A stretch of DNA of 64,000 nucleotides, taken from NCBI GenBank assembly GCA_964016885.1, contig OZ024745.1, forward strand, positions 101,990,001-102,054,000, written 5' to 3'. How positions within the stretch are numbered: position 1 is the stretch's first letter; the number at the start of each line of letters is the position of its first letter. The DNA comes from Eledone cirrhosa. Its lineage: Eukaryota. The position numbers and the translations under genes were made by a program. Of this stretch, positions 13,301 to 25,784 are shown in pieces. A model generated the notes under the pieces. That model had not been told where the DNA came from and did no database searches. It was given only the letters and a program-made list of their open reading frames with translations.

Positions 13301-16300
13301 ACAAATCATGTATATTACTAGATTAAAGACTGATGTAGCCAGTACAGAGTTAGACAAATCATATCTTACTAGATTAAAGACTTATATAGCTAGAACAGAG
13401 TTAGACAAATCATATCTTACTAGATTAAAGACTTATGTAGCTAGAACAGAGTTAGACAAATCATATCTTACTAGATTAAAGACTTATGTAGCTGGAACAG
13501 AGTTAGACAAATCACATATCTTACTAGATTAAAGACTTATGTAACTAGAACAGAGTTAGACAAATCAGATATCTTACTATATTAAAGACTTTTATAGCTA
13601 GAACAGAGTTAGACAAATCAGATATCTTACTATATTAAAGACTGATGTAGCTAGAACAGAGTTAGACAAATCAGATATCTTACTATATTAAAGACTGATG
13701 TAGACAGAACAGAGTTAGACAAATCAGATAGCTTACTATATTAAAGACTGATGTAGCTAGAACAGAGTTAGAAAAATCAGATATCTTACTATATTAAAGA
13801 CTGATGTAGCTAGAACAGAGTTAGACAAATCAGATATCTTACTATATTAACGACTGATGTAGCTAGAACAGAGTTAGACAAATCAGATATCTTACTATAT
13901 TAAGGACTGATGTAGCTAGAACAGAGTTAGACAAATCAGATATCTTACTATATTAAAGACTGATGTAGCTAGAACAGAGTTAGACAAATCAGATATCTTA
14001 CTATATTAAAGACTGATGTAACTAGAACAGAGTTAGACAAATCAGATATCTTACTATATTAAAGACTGATGTAGCTAGAACAGAGTTAGACAAATCAGAT
14101 ATCTTACTATATTAAAGACTGATGTAGCTAGAACAGAGTTAGACAAATCAGATATCTTACTATATTAAAGACTGATGTAGACAGAACTGAGCTAGACAAA
14201 TCAGATATCTTATTATATTAAAGACTGATGTAGCTAGAACAGAGATAGACAAATCAGATATCTTACTATATTAAAGACTGATGTAGACAGAACAGAGCTA
14301 GACAAATCAGATATCTTACTATATTAAAGACTTTTATAGCTAGAACAGAGTTAGACAAATCAGATATCTTACTATATTAAAGACCGATGTAGCTAGAATA
14401 GAGTTAAACAAATCATTTCTTACTAGATTTTATGACTGATGTAGCCAGTACAGAGTTAGACAAATCATATCTTACTAGATTAAAGACTCATGTAGCCAGT
14501 ACAGAGTTAGACAAATCATATCTTACTAGATTAAAGACTTATGTAGCTAGAACAGAGTTAGACAAATCGCATATCTTACTAGATTAAAGACATGTAACTA
14601 GAACAGAGTTAGACAAATCACATATCTTACTAGATTAAAGGCTTTTAGAGCTAGAACAGAGTTAGACAAATCCCATATCTTACTAGATTAAAGACTTATG
14701 TAACTAGAACAGAGTTAGACAAATCGGATATCTTACTATATTAAAGACTGATGTAGCTAGAACAGAGTGAGACAAATCAGATATCTTACTATATTAAAGA
14801 CTTTTATAGCTAGAACAGAGTTAGACAAATCAGATATGTTACTATATTAAAGACTGTTGTAGCTAGAACAGAGTTAGACAAATCAGATATCTTACTATAT
14901 TAAAGACTGATGTAGACAGAACAGAGTTAGACAAATCAGATATCTTACTATATTAAAGACTGATGTAGCTAGAACAGAGTTAGAAAAATCAGATATCTTA
15001 CTATATTTAAGACTGATGTAGCTAGAACAGAGTTAGACAAATCAGATATCTTACTATATTAACGACTGATGTAGCTAGAACAGAGTTAGACAAATCAGAT
15101 ATCTTACTATATTAAAGACTGATGTAGCTAGAACAGAGTTAGACAAATCAGATATCTTACTATATTAAAGACTGATGTAGCTAGAACAGAGTTAGACAAA
15201 TCAGATATCTTACTATATTAAAGACTGATGTAACTAGAACAGAGTTAGTCAAATCAGATATCTTACTATATTAAAGACTGATGTAGCTAGAACAGAGTTA
15301 GACAAATCAGATATCTTACTATATTAAAGACTGATGTAGCTAGAACAGAGTTAGACAAATTAGATATCTTACTATATTAAAGACTGATGTAGACAGAACA
15401 GAGCTAGACAAATCAGATATCTTACTATATTAAAGACTGATGTAGCTAGAACAGAGTTAGACAAATCAGATATCTTACTATATTAAAGACTGATGTAGAC
15501 AGAACAGAGCTAGACAAATCAGATATCTTACTATATTAAAGAATTTTATAGCTAGAACAGAGTTAGACAAATCAGATATCTTACTATATTAAAGACTGAT
15601 GTAGCTAGAACAGAGTTTGACAAATCAGTTATCTTACTATATTAAAGACTGATGTAGACAGAACAGAGTTAGACAAATCACATATCTTACTATATTAAAG
15701 ACTTTTATAGCTAGAACAGAGTTAGACAAATCAGATATCTTAATATATTAAAGACTGATGTAGCTAGAACAGAGTTAGACAAATCAGATATCTTACTAGA
15801 TTAAAGACTGATGTAGCTAGAACAGAGTTAGACAAATCACATATCTTACTATATTAAAGACTGATGTAGACAGAACAGAGTTAGACAAATCACATATCTT
15901 ACTAGAATAAAGACTGATGTAGACAGTACAGAGTTAGACAAATCATATCTTACTAGATTAAAGACTGATGTAGCCAGTACAGAGTTAGACAAATCAGATA
16001 TCTTACTATATTAAAGACTGATGTAGCCAGTACAGAGTTAGACAAATCATATCTTACTAGATTAAAGACTTATATAGCTAGAACAGATTTAGACAAATCA
16101 TATCTTACTATATTAAAGACTGATGTAGCTAGAACAGAGTTAGATAAATCAGATATCTTACCATATTAAAGACTGATGTAGACAGTACAGAGTTAGACAA
16201 ATCACATATCTTACTAGATTAAAGACTGATGTAGACAGTACAGAGTTAGACAAATCATATCTTACTATATTAAAGACTGATGTAGCTAGAACAGAGTTAG

Positions 16301-17110
16301 ACAAATCAGATATCTTACTATATTAAAGACTGATGTAGCTAGAACAGAGTTAGACAAATCAGATATCTTACTATATTAAAGACTGATGTAGACAGAACAG
16401 AGTTAGACAAATCAGATATCTTACTATATTAAAGACTTTTATAGCTAGAACAGAGTTAGACAAATCAGATATCTTACTATATTAAAGACTTATATAGCTA
16501 GAACAGAGTTAGACAAATCATATCTTACTAGATTAAAGACTTATGTAGCTAGAACAGAGTTAGACAAATCATATCTTACTAGATTAAAGACTTATGTAGC
16601 TAGAACAGAGTTAGACAAATCACATATCTTACTAGATTAAAGACTTATGTAACTAGAACAGAGTTAGACAAATCACATATCTTACTAGATTAAAGACTTA
16701 TGTAACTAGAACAGAGTTAGACAAATCAGATATCTTACTATATTAAAGACTTTTATAGCTAGAACAGAGTTAGACAAATCAGATATCTTACTATATTAAA
16801 GACTGATGTAGCTAGAACAGAGTTAGACAAATCAGATATCTTACTATATTAAAGACTGATGTAGCTAGAACAGAGTTAGACAAATCACATATCTTACTAT
16901 ATTAAAGACTGATGTAGACAGAACAGAGTTAGACAAATCACATATCTTACTAGATTAAAGACTGATGTAGACAGTACAGAGTTAGACAAATCATATCTTA
17001 CAAGATTAAAGACTGATGTAGCCAGTACAGAGTTAGACAAATCATGTATCTTACTATATTAAAGACTGATGTAGCTAGAACAGAGTTAGACAAATCACAT
17101 ATCTTATTAG
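7345..17110. repeat. 51/53-bp satellite array (~9.8 kb) with ~2 kb higher-order repeat
   Basis: Monomer AAAGACTGATGTAGCTAGAACAGAGTTAGACAAATCAGATATCTTACTATATT; rare variants recur at 2045 and 2040 bp spacing. Confidence 0.97.
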
Positions 17111-17844
17111 AATTGAAACATAAAAGATTGAGCCATGCAAATACAGTGATTATAGAAGAAAGATAACTGAGTACATTCTCTTGTAATAAACAAAAGGTCA
17201 CTTACATATGAACAATAGACCAATGATAATAATTATTGTTGACATAACGATGAAAACAATGAGGTTATCATAGAAAAGTTGTGACAATCTAAGTAGTTAT
17301 ATATTTCTAAAGATATAATTATTTATAAAACAAAACAAGGCATTCACCATTTATACATCCTTTAAAGTGTAACCCACCTCCAAAAAAAGAAGAAAAAAAA
17401 GGCAAACAAAAAGAAATGAGCCAGTAAATAAATAGTAAAAATTAACAATCACTTATTTTATTAATTAAAAATATATGAAATAGAAATCTAATTTGTAGCG
17501 TTTTACTAGAAACGTTTGAAGAAAGCTGATAAATTAAATAATTGACTGCTGCCTGTCTCAACATTTCAACTTATCTCATTCTTTCTATAATTATAGCATT
17601 AATCATATTGTTTGTTTGGTTAATTACATCACCTAATTATCTCATCCTTATGTCATCTCATGTTTTAAGCTTTATATTTTTACCTGATTGCGTTCTTGAA
17701 ATATGTTTTCTGTTCCTCTCCCCTCTCTTTCTCTCCCTACTCCTCTCTCTTTCCTTTATTCTTAGACTTACTTTATTCCACTCTTTCTAACTGTCACCCC
17801 CACCCCCACCCCTTTATCAACCTCACTATCTCTCACACTCGCAC

Positions 17845-18437
17845 ACTTTCTTTCACTCTTTCTCTCTCACTCTCGTCCCTCCTCTCTCTCACTCTCGTCC
17901 CTCCTCTCTCTCACTCTCATCACCCCTCTCTCTCACTCTCGTCCCTCTCTCTCACTCTCATCACCCCTCTCTCTCACTCTCGTCCCTCTCTCTCACTCTC
18001 GTCCCTCCTCTCTCTCACTCTCATCACCCCTCTCTCTCTCACTCTCGTCCCTCCTCTCTCTCACTCTCGTCCACCCCTCTCTCTCACTCTCACTGCCCCT
18101 CTCTCTCACTCTCGTCCCTCCTCTCACTCTCATCACCCCTCTCTCCCACTCTCGTCCCTCCTCTCTCTCTCTCTCACTCTCGTCCCCCCCCTCTCGCTCT
18201 CTCACTCTCACTGCCCCTCTCTCTCACTCTCACTGCCCCTCTCTCTCACTCTCACTGCCCCTCTCTCTCACTCTCACTGCCCCTCTCTCTCACTCTCACT
18301 GCCCCTCTCTCTCACTCTCGTCCCTCCTCTCTCTCACACTCATCACCCCTCTCTCCCACTGTCGTCCCTCCTCTCTCTCTCTCTCACTCTCGTCCCCCCC
18401 TCTCGCTCTCTCACTCTCACTGCCCCTCTCTCTCTCA
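17845..18437. repeat. CT-rich cryptic micro/minisatellite
   Basis: Shuffled CTCACTCTCGTCCCTC / CTCACTGCCCCTCT / CTCATCACCCCTCT units. Confidence 0.9.
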
Positions 18438-18654
18438 AACCATCCTCAGCAAACATCTATATAAAATGTCTTCACATCCTTTTATTAAATACTTCCCAGT
18501 TTATAAAAATTAATAATCCAAAGAATTTGTCGCTTGACAAAGGATGAGATTATATTTAGTAGCTGATATCATCTGATGGAGGATAATTACCATCTCTTGT
18601 CTGTAGGCAAACAAACCTTCTGACTTCATTAAAGAGAACATTTCATGATGCTCT

Positions 18655-18688
18655 TTATACATACACACACACACATACATATATATGT

Positions 18689-18734
<46 letters not shown>

Positions 18735-18743
18735 ATATATATG

Positions 18744-18782
<39 letters not shown>

Positions 18783-18791
18783 ATATATATG

Positions 18792-18829
<38 letters not shown>

Positions 18830-19333
18830 TACATATATATGTATACATATGATGGTTGGAAAATCACTGACAAAGGACTATTTTTATCATATGTAACCCA
18901 TGTGCAAACCACGCAGTATTCTTCTTTCTTCTCATGTTTATATATATATATATATATATATACACATACAAAATGTATAAACACTTTGATTACATGTACA
19001 GGCACTATTTATTAGAATGCTGATGAAGTAACTATACATTTTTGGAGACACCCTGTATATATATATATATATATATAAATGTGTGTGTGCGTATATATAT
19101 ATATACACACACATATATATATATATACACACATATATATATATATACACACATATTTATATATATATATATATATACACATATTTATATATATATATAT
19201 ACACACACACATTTATATATATATATATAAACACACACATTTATATATATATACACACACACATTTATATATATATAAACACACACATTTATATATATAT
19301 ACACACACACATATTTATATATACATATACACA

Positions 19334-19413
<80 letters not shown>

Positions 19414-19420
19414 TATATGT
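18655..19420. repeat. (TA)n/(CA)n compound microsatellites
   Basis: Dinucleotide tracts with locally duplicated units. Confidence 0.9.
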
Positions 19421-19805
19421 ATTCCCTCTCTTTCTATTTTGTAACCTTACTTTCTGGAACCTTCCTGTGTCTTTGTGTTTATACAGGCTTAGAGGTTCTA
19501 ATGAGTCTACCATTACAGCCTTTAGGCTTTGTTATTATCATAGAGTAATTTACTTGTTATTAAATAATATTTATAGCAATATTCTGTGAAGTTAGTTTAT
19601 TGTCTGTGGCAGGAGATCTTTGCCAGTTAACTATTCTATTATATCACATTTCTTTTATTCTTTTACTACAAGCCAGATTGATTGTTCTACACAGATATGC
19701 ATGTGTGTGGCATGTACACATATATGTACCTACATTTATATACTGCATAATGTACCTACATTTATATACTGCATAATGTACCTACATTTATATACTGCAG
19801 AAATT

Positions 19806-20160
19806 GGAGGCACATGGCTTAGTGGTTAGAGCATTGGGCTTGCAATCGAAACGTTGTGAGTTCAATTCTCAGACCGGGTGATGTGTTGTTTCCTTGAGCA
19901 AGACACTTTATTTCACATTGCTCCAGTTTACTCAGCTGTAGAAATGAGATGATAGGGACTGGGGGTCCATATCATTCCACTGCAAAGTGGTCGTGGAGGT
20001 GCCACGGCAAAAAAGCACCCAGCACTCACTGTAAATGAGGTTGGTGTTAGGAAGGGCATCCAGCTGTAGAAATCAAGCCAGCATCAGTTCCCGTCCCACC
20101 CTTGCAAGCAGGGAAAAAGCGGACGTAAAAATGATGATGATGATGAAGAATGATGATAAT
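19806..20160 (+). mobile_element. tRNA-derived CORE-like SINE (family A) with RTE-type 3' end
   Basis: A box TGGCTTAGTGG, B box GAGTTCAATTC, CORE-like CCTTGAGCAAGACACTT...CAGTTTACTCAGCTGTAGAAATG, 3' end CCCTTGCAAGCAGGGAAAAAGCGGACGTAAAA(TGA)n. Confidence 0.85.
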
Positions 20161-22376
20161 GTTATTTTGTTTCCATAAATCTGCAGCATATATGTATAGC
20201 TATGTATATTATGTCTTCCTCAAAAGTACATAAAAAGTGTAAAAAAAAAAAACACACATAGACACACATGCATATATACACATACACACACGCATCTACA
20301 CACATACGCCCCCCCCCCCACACACACACACATACACACTCACACACATACACACTCACACACACACACTCACACACATTTATATTGGTGTAGAAATATA
20401 TCCCAATTTGCCATATTCTTTGAGCAAAAACAAGAAACTATAAACAAAGATTTTTAGTCAATACCATCAATAACAACAGCCAATGAACTAGTGATGTAGC
20501 ATATATGAATTGGTTTGACCTACTAGAAATAGCAGTCAGATTTTCTTCTACATAGGGGTTAGTGATAAGGAGAGCATCCAACCATAAAAACTATCCTGAA
20601 AATGTAAAGTATGAACAAGACACAAGACATGGTCCCCAATCCAGTTAAGAGAGCAATAACTCCAAATAAGTACTTGGACTGAAATCATGCTAGCAGGGAA
20701 AGTAATGTAATGATGATGATGATAATGGCTATTGGTGGTGGTGGTGGTGGTGGTGGTAGGGGAAGAGTGTGGCCATGGTAGCAGAAAGTATGCTAACCTG
20801 TGCGTTACTGTTGTGTGTGTGTCTGTGTATGTGTGTGTCTGTGTGTGTGTGTGTGAGAGAAAGAGAGAGAGAGAGAGAGTGTGTGTATGTGTATGTAATG
20901 TTTTTAATGTTTTTCCTTGAATTTTTGTCGAAATGGTAAGATCGGTATTTTCCTCAGGACTTGGGGCTTTAAAGCAAACAGCATCTTATTTCCTTCTATC
21001 TGAACATCTATCTTAAACTCCAATGTAGTATGAAAAACCATTAATATATAATATATGATTTTTTTTTTTTTAGAAATTGTTGAAAAAGAGTTGAGATTAT
21101 TATTTAGTTTTCTCAGCCAAAAAAGAAACAAAAATGTAGTTATTAATTTCTGTTCAGTCAAACATACTTTTATTTAAAGCCTAATGGAATTTCTCAACAA
21201 TTTTATATCAAATAATCATGGATTAGAGTGAGCTGTATTCTAAAACTATGCAATATATGTTCTGTATGAGAGAAATAGATCATTGTTTGCATCAGTGTTC
21301 ATTTATAAAAGTGTAGTCAAGCCTGAATAGATTATTCCCAATTGAAAGGTAAATCACTGCTATGTTTTATATTTTTGATTTAGATTTAAATATTTAATGT
21401 GTAATAAGCACTTCTTCTCTCAAATTATCTAGCTACAGCCAAATTTATTTAATTCAATCATTCTAAAAGATTTATTGTATGCAGCCAGTTGTGAATGAAA
21501 GAATCTTCCTCTCAGTTGACAACTGAATGGATCAAACAGCCATTTGTGAAACAACTTTTGAGAGAAAATGTTTTTGTTCTTTCTTTTGTTTCTAGGAGTA
21601 ATAAAGCTTCCTAATGATTGTGTTTGTTTCTATTGTAAAATCAATGATGATAACTGTTCTTATATCCTAAATTGTAAAGTTTTAAAACCTATTTCATAAT
21701 TGTTCTTATTATGGTAGTTGATTGAAATGAAATTTGAAATATGTAGTTTCCTGTTTGTTTGATTATATTGGCAAGGAAGGAAGGAGAACAAATTGGATTT
21801 GAAATTAAATTTTTGTCTAGGAATGGTTTTGGTGTGAGCAACTCAATTTCCTGATTATTTCAGTTATTTTTGTTCATGACTGCAATAAATATTACGCTAT
21901 GAATTCATACATTTCCTTGTTTTCCCTGGCTTTTGCGTGCTTTATTCGATATCTCCTTTCATTTTAGCTTTTGTTTTTGAAATATTGATTTTTTTTCCTT
22001 CCCAGCAGTATGTATGCCGTGTATGCCCTTGAGTGTCTTTCATATAAATCATTATAGTTTTAGTTATATGTGCTAAATATTTCTGTGGATCTTCTATTCA
22101 GAATATCTGTACTTGGATGCTTGCACATGTGTTATTGATACATTTTGATTAACACTTAAAATAATGAGTTCTGCATAATATAATGTAGAAAATTATAATT
22201 TAATAGGAATATAATTGGAGATTTGTTTTTGTTTTTAATTTTCAAACTAGTTTCTTTTTGAATTTTTGTAAATATGGAATTTTTGATACATTTCCTCACA
22301 ATAGTTTTATCAACACTAAAGTTTGACCTAACTGCTATCAGGTTAATGACCATACCTGGTAGAAAAGGAATTCCAT

Positions 22377-22722
22377 ATGTCTAACACCCATGGACATGCT
22401 TACAAAATCAGAAAACAGTACAGCTCCCATGACTTTTGGAAACATTTTTTCATACTCAGAGTTGCTGAAGCATGGAACAAACTACCTGCATCAGTTGTTA
22501 GCTGTCGGGACACTGCATCCTTTAAAACTTCCATGCTTCTTGAAATTTGCCAACACTACACCTGATATTCCCCCTCCATACACACCACACGTGTCTTTGT
22601 GTATATCATGACTCATACACTGTTCACTTTCCTGACATTTGTACAGTATACTATACATGTGCCTTTGATGAGTTGTAGTGCACCTAAGCACTGTACACAA
22701 TAAATATCATTATTATTATTAT
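22377..22722 (+). mobile_element. CR1-like LINE 3' fragment
   Basis: Translates to NTHGHAYKIRKQ..HFFILRVAEAWNKLP; homologous to 4590-4935; (ATT)n tail. Confidence 0.85.
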
Positions 22723-22799
22723 TAATTACTTGTTGTACTCAATGCAAAATATGAGCATATAAGCTGTGTAGTGAGATCACAGGCAGGCTAACTTAAAAA

Positions 22800-23335
22800 A
22801 AAAGAATTTGTATTTGGTGATGTGGGAGATGTACTGGAGTAGTAAGCAATTAGGGCATCAGAAAATACTTTCCAATGCTCGGAAGACTCCATAGAGTTAG
22901 ATGATAGCTTCTGTTACCTAGATGATCTAGTCAGCTGTGGAGGAATGTGCTCTGAAAGCATCACTATTCGTTTTATGCTGACTTTTCCATGTTGGCATGG
23001 GTTGAATAGGACTTTTTGAGGAAATGTTTTATAACTGGATGTCTTTCCTAAATTCAACCCTTTTAATTGGTTCTCATATCATGCAAAGATATTCTAAACT
23101 GGATACACAGAATAAGAGCAGGGTGAAAAACACTTCATGAAGCTATTATCTCTGCTGGCAACAAAAAGATTCTCTCTTTAAGTAAAGAGCAGATTGTGTG
23201 ATGTTTCAGTATGAAGTGCAATACTACATGGAAGTCAGATATGTGCATTGAATGTAAAGACTAGAAAGAAATGAAGCAAGTAGACTCTGCTAGATGTGTA
23301 ACATTAATGGGAATGAATAACAAGGTGCACATACA
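22800..23335 (+). mobile_element. Highly decayed RTE LINE fragments
   Basis: GATAGCTTCTGTTACCTAG and GGATACACAGAATAAGAGCAGG..TGATG..AGTGCAATACTACATGGAAG resemble the RTE copies at 33.8 and 61.5 kb. Confidence 0.5.
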
Positions 23336-23424
23336 TACCAGGTTTCTCATGTTTTCTATGGTTGGATGCCCTTCCAAATGCCAACCATTTTACATATGTG
23401 CACTAGGTGCCTTATATAATAATA

Positions 23425-23700
23425 ATAATTGTTTCTACTTTTGGCACAAGGCCAGCAATTGCCCAGTGTATTATACTTTATTTTATCAATTTATTTTATC
23501 AATTTAGCAATTGCCCAATGTATTATACTTTATTTTATCGACCCCGTAAGGATGAAAGGGAAAGTTAATAATAATAATAATAATAATAATGATGAAATTA
23601 TTGTGTACAGTGCTCAGGTGCACTGCAACTCATCAAAGGTGCATGTATAGTTCATAGAATAATGTGTGGGTGTGTATGGATGAGGAATATCAGGTGTATG
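23425..23700 (-). mobile_element. SINE-B 3' fragment abutting a short CR1 3' tail
   Basis: GTTTCTACTTTTGGCACAAGGCCAGC..GACCCCGTAAGGATGAAAGG, then (AAT)n and TGTGTACAGTGCTCAGGTGCAC. Confidence 0.75.
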
Positions 23701-23914
23701 TATTTGTTTATACAAAGTTGAGGCCTTCTATTGTGACTCAGTATTTCTTATTCCTATGCTCCTAGTAGTGATGGGGTTAAGTATTAGCTTTTGATAAATG
23801 AATAAACTCTACTACATGTATTGAGTATTTTTCAATCTCTCTCTCTCTTTTTTGTAAATCCAAACAGACATACACAAAATTCACTCACATTCCATGTAAA
23901 CAGAATCTGTATAA

Positions 23915-24176
23915 AGACTGTTGTTTGTATATATGTATGTAGACTGTTGTTTGTATATATGTATGTAGACTGTTGTTTGTATATATGTATGTAGACTGTT
24001 GTTTGTATATATGTATGTAGACTGTTGTTTGTATATATGTATGTAGACTGTTGTTTGTATATATGTATGTAGACTGTTGTTTGTATATATGTATGTAGAC
24101 TGTTGTTTGTATATATGTATGTAGACTGTTGTTTGTATATATGTATGTAGACTGTTGTTTGTATATATGTATGTAG
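23915..24176. repeat. 26-bp minisatellite, ~10 copies
   Basis: Unit AGACTGTTGTTTGTATATATGTATGT. Confidence 0.95.
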
Positions 24177-24669
24177 GGTGGGGGGGGGTATGTGTCTTTG
24201 TTTGGCATTTGAGACCGCTATCACAGTCAATGATGTTTATTTATGTCCTGCAACACAATGGTTCAATATGCAAAGATTAGTATCTTCCTTAAACAATGAG
24301 TAATGGTTGACATCAGACTTTAGGATACTACCTCAAGCCATTCTTGCATTGAAACACAATGATCACAATGATGATATGTTGATGTGTGTGTGTGTGTGTG
24401 TGTGTAGCGCTCACACCATGCATAAACACACAGGTACACTAAGCTTCTGAAGAGTACTAAAAATATGTATCTGTACAGATATTAATTTCTATGTACACAC
24501 ACACACACACATCCTCACACACACATATATATATGTATGTATATATATATATATAGAGAGAGAGAGATAAATAGATAGTTAGATAGATAGTTAGATAGAT
24601 GTATATATATATATAGATAGATAGATAAATAGATAGAGGTATATATAGAGAGAGATAGATAGATATATG

Positions 24670-24702
<33 letters not shown>

Positions 24703-24759
24703 CTGTGTGTGTACATAGAAATTAATATATATATATATATATATATATAGATAGATGGA

Positions 24760-24817
<58 letters not shown>

Positions 24818-24839
24818 ATGTATATATATGTATATATAA

Positions 24840-25254
24840 TGTAGGAGGTGAGTTTTATTGTAGTACAATAAAGCAATGCAGATATCAGATAAGAAGCACT
24901 CTACAGTTTGTAGGACTGGAGTATACATAATATATAAGATCAAAAGATGGTTAAAAGAGTTCCATGTATTTTATTATGCGCATTTCAAAAACAAATATCA
25001 TCATGCAATAATATTTGTGTTTTATCAGATAAAACAGGAAGACATGATATGAAGGTTAAAAAACACTTGTGGATAGTGCAGTTTTAAGATATGTTGATTT
25101 AAAACTGCACTATTCACAAGTGTTTTTTAACCTTCATATCATGTCTTCCTATTTTATCTGATGAAAACACATATTATTGCATGGTGATATTTGTTTTTGA
25201 AATGCGCATAATAAAATACATGGAACTCTTTTAACCATCTTTTGATCTTATATA

Positions 25255-25260
<6 letters not shown>
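24840..25260. mobile_element. PLE-type pseudo-LTR in fold-back (inverted) arrangement, in (TA)n
   Basis: ~165-bp inverted arms centred near 25093; carries an HHR motif; single copy of the same unit at 36860-37110. Confidence 0.7.
25150..25218 (+). ncRNA. Type I hammerhead ribozyme motif (intact core)
   Basis: TATTTTAT-CTGATGA-[stem II AAACACATATTAT..GTGATATTTGTTTTT]-GAAA-TGCGCA-TA^ATAAAATA; 8-bp stem I, palindromic stem III loop. Confidence 0.75.
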
Positions 25261-25290
<30 letters not shown>

Positions 25291-25295
<5 letters not shown>

Positions 25296-25477
25296 AACCA
25301 GTAAGACCCCGACAGCTGAGCTCAAGCCGTTTCGACGGCTAATTCAGAATTAGCCGTCGAAACGGCTTGAGCTCAGCTGTCGGGGTCTTACTGGTTCCTA
25401 TTACCCACTCTACTACTTCAAGTATTGAGTACTTTGGTGCGTTATGGTCCACCTGGTTCCTTACCACATTTCCTTCG

Positions 25478-25478
<1 letters not shown>
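25291..25478. mobile_element. Perfect 111-bp palindrome plus tail; 3' half of an HHR module
   Basis: Arms 25291-25345 and 25347-25401 are exact reverse complements; GAAAC-GGCTTGAGCTCAGCT-GTC forms a stem III plus cleavage triplet; (TA)n on both sides. Confidence 0.65.
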
Positions 25479-25522
<44 letters not shown>

Positions 25523-25554
25523 ATGTATATATATGTATATATATATATATATAG

Positions 25555-25620
25555 ATAAATTTCTTTATTAGCCACAAGGGCACAAAAGAAGGGGACAAAT
25601 ACAAATGGGGAGTTTACATA
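25555..25620 (-). mobile_element. Tx1-like LINE extreme 3' fragment
   Basis: TTTCTTTATTAGCCACAAGGGCACAAAAG matches the 3' ends at 25785 and 39610. Confidence 0.75.
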
Positions 25621-25784
25621 CAGGTATATGAGATAGATATATAGATAGATATATGTATATATATATAGAGAGAGATAGATAGATATATGTATATATATAT
25701 ATATAGATAGATAGATAGATATATGTATATATATATATAGAGATATATAGATATAATTAAGATATATGTATATATATAGAGAAA

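Noticed and set aside
7345-17110. Satellite monomer as a hammerhead (contains CTGATG) or as a coding repeat
   Set aside because: It reads CTGATGT rather than CTGANGA, has no GAAA/stem arrangement, and mixed 51/53-bp units break the frame
17696-19589. Ser/Leu/His-rich and Tyr/Ile-rich ORFs
   Set aside because: CT, TA and CA microsatellite translations
19806-19880. tRNA gene
   Set aside because: The A/B boxes belong to multi-copy SINE heads and no full cloverleaf is evident
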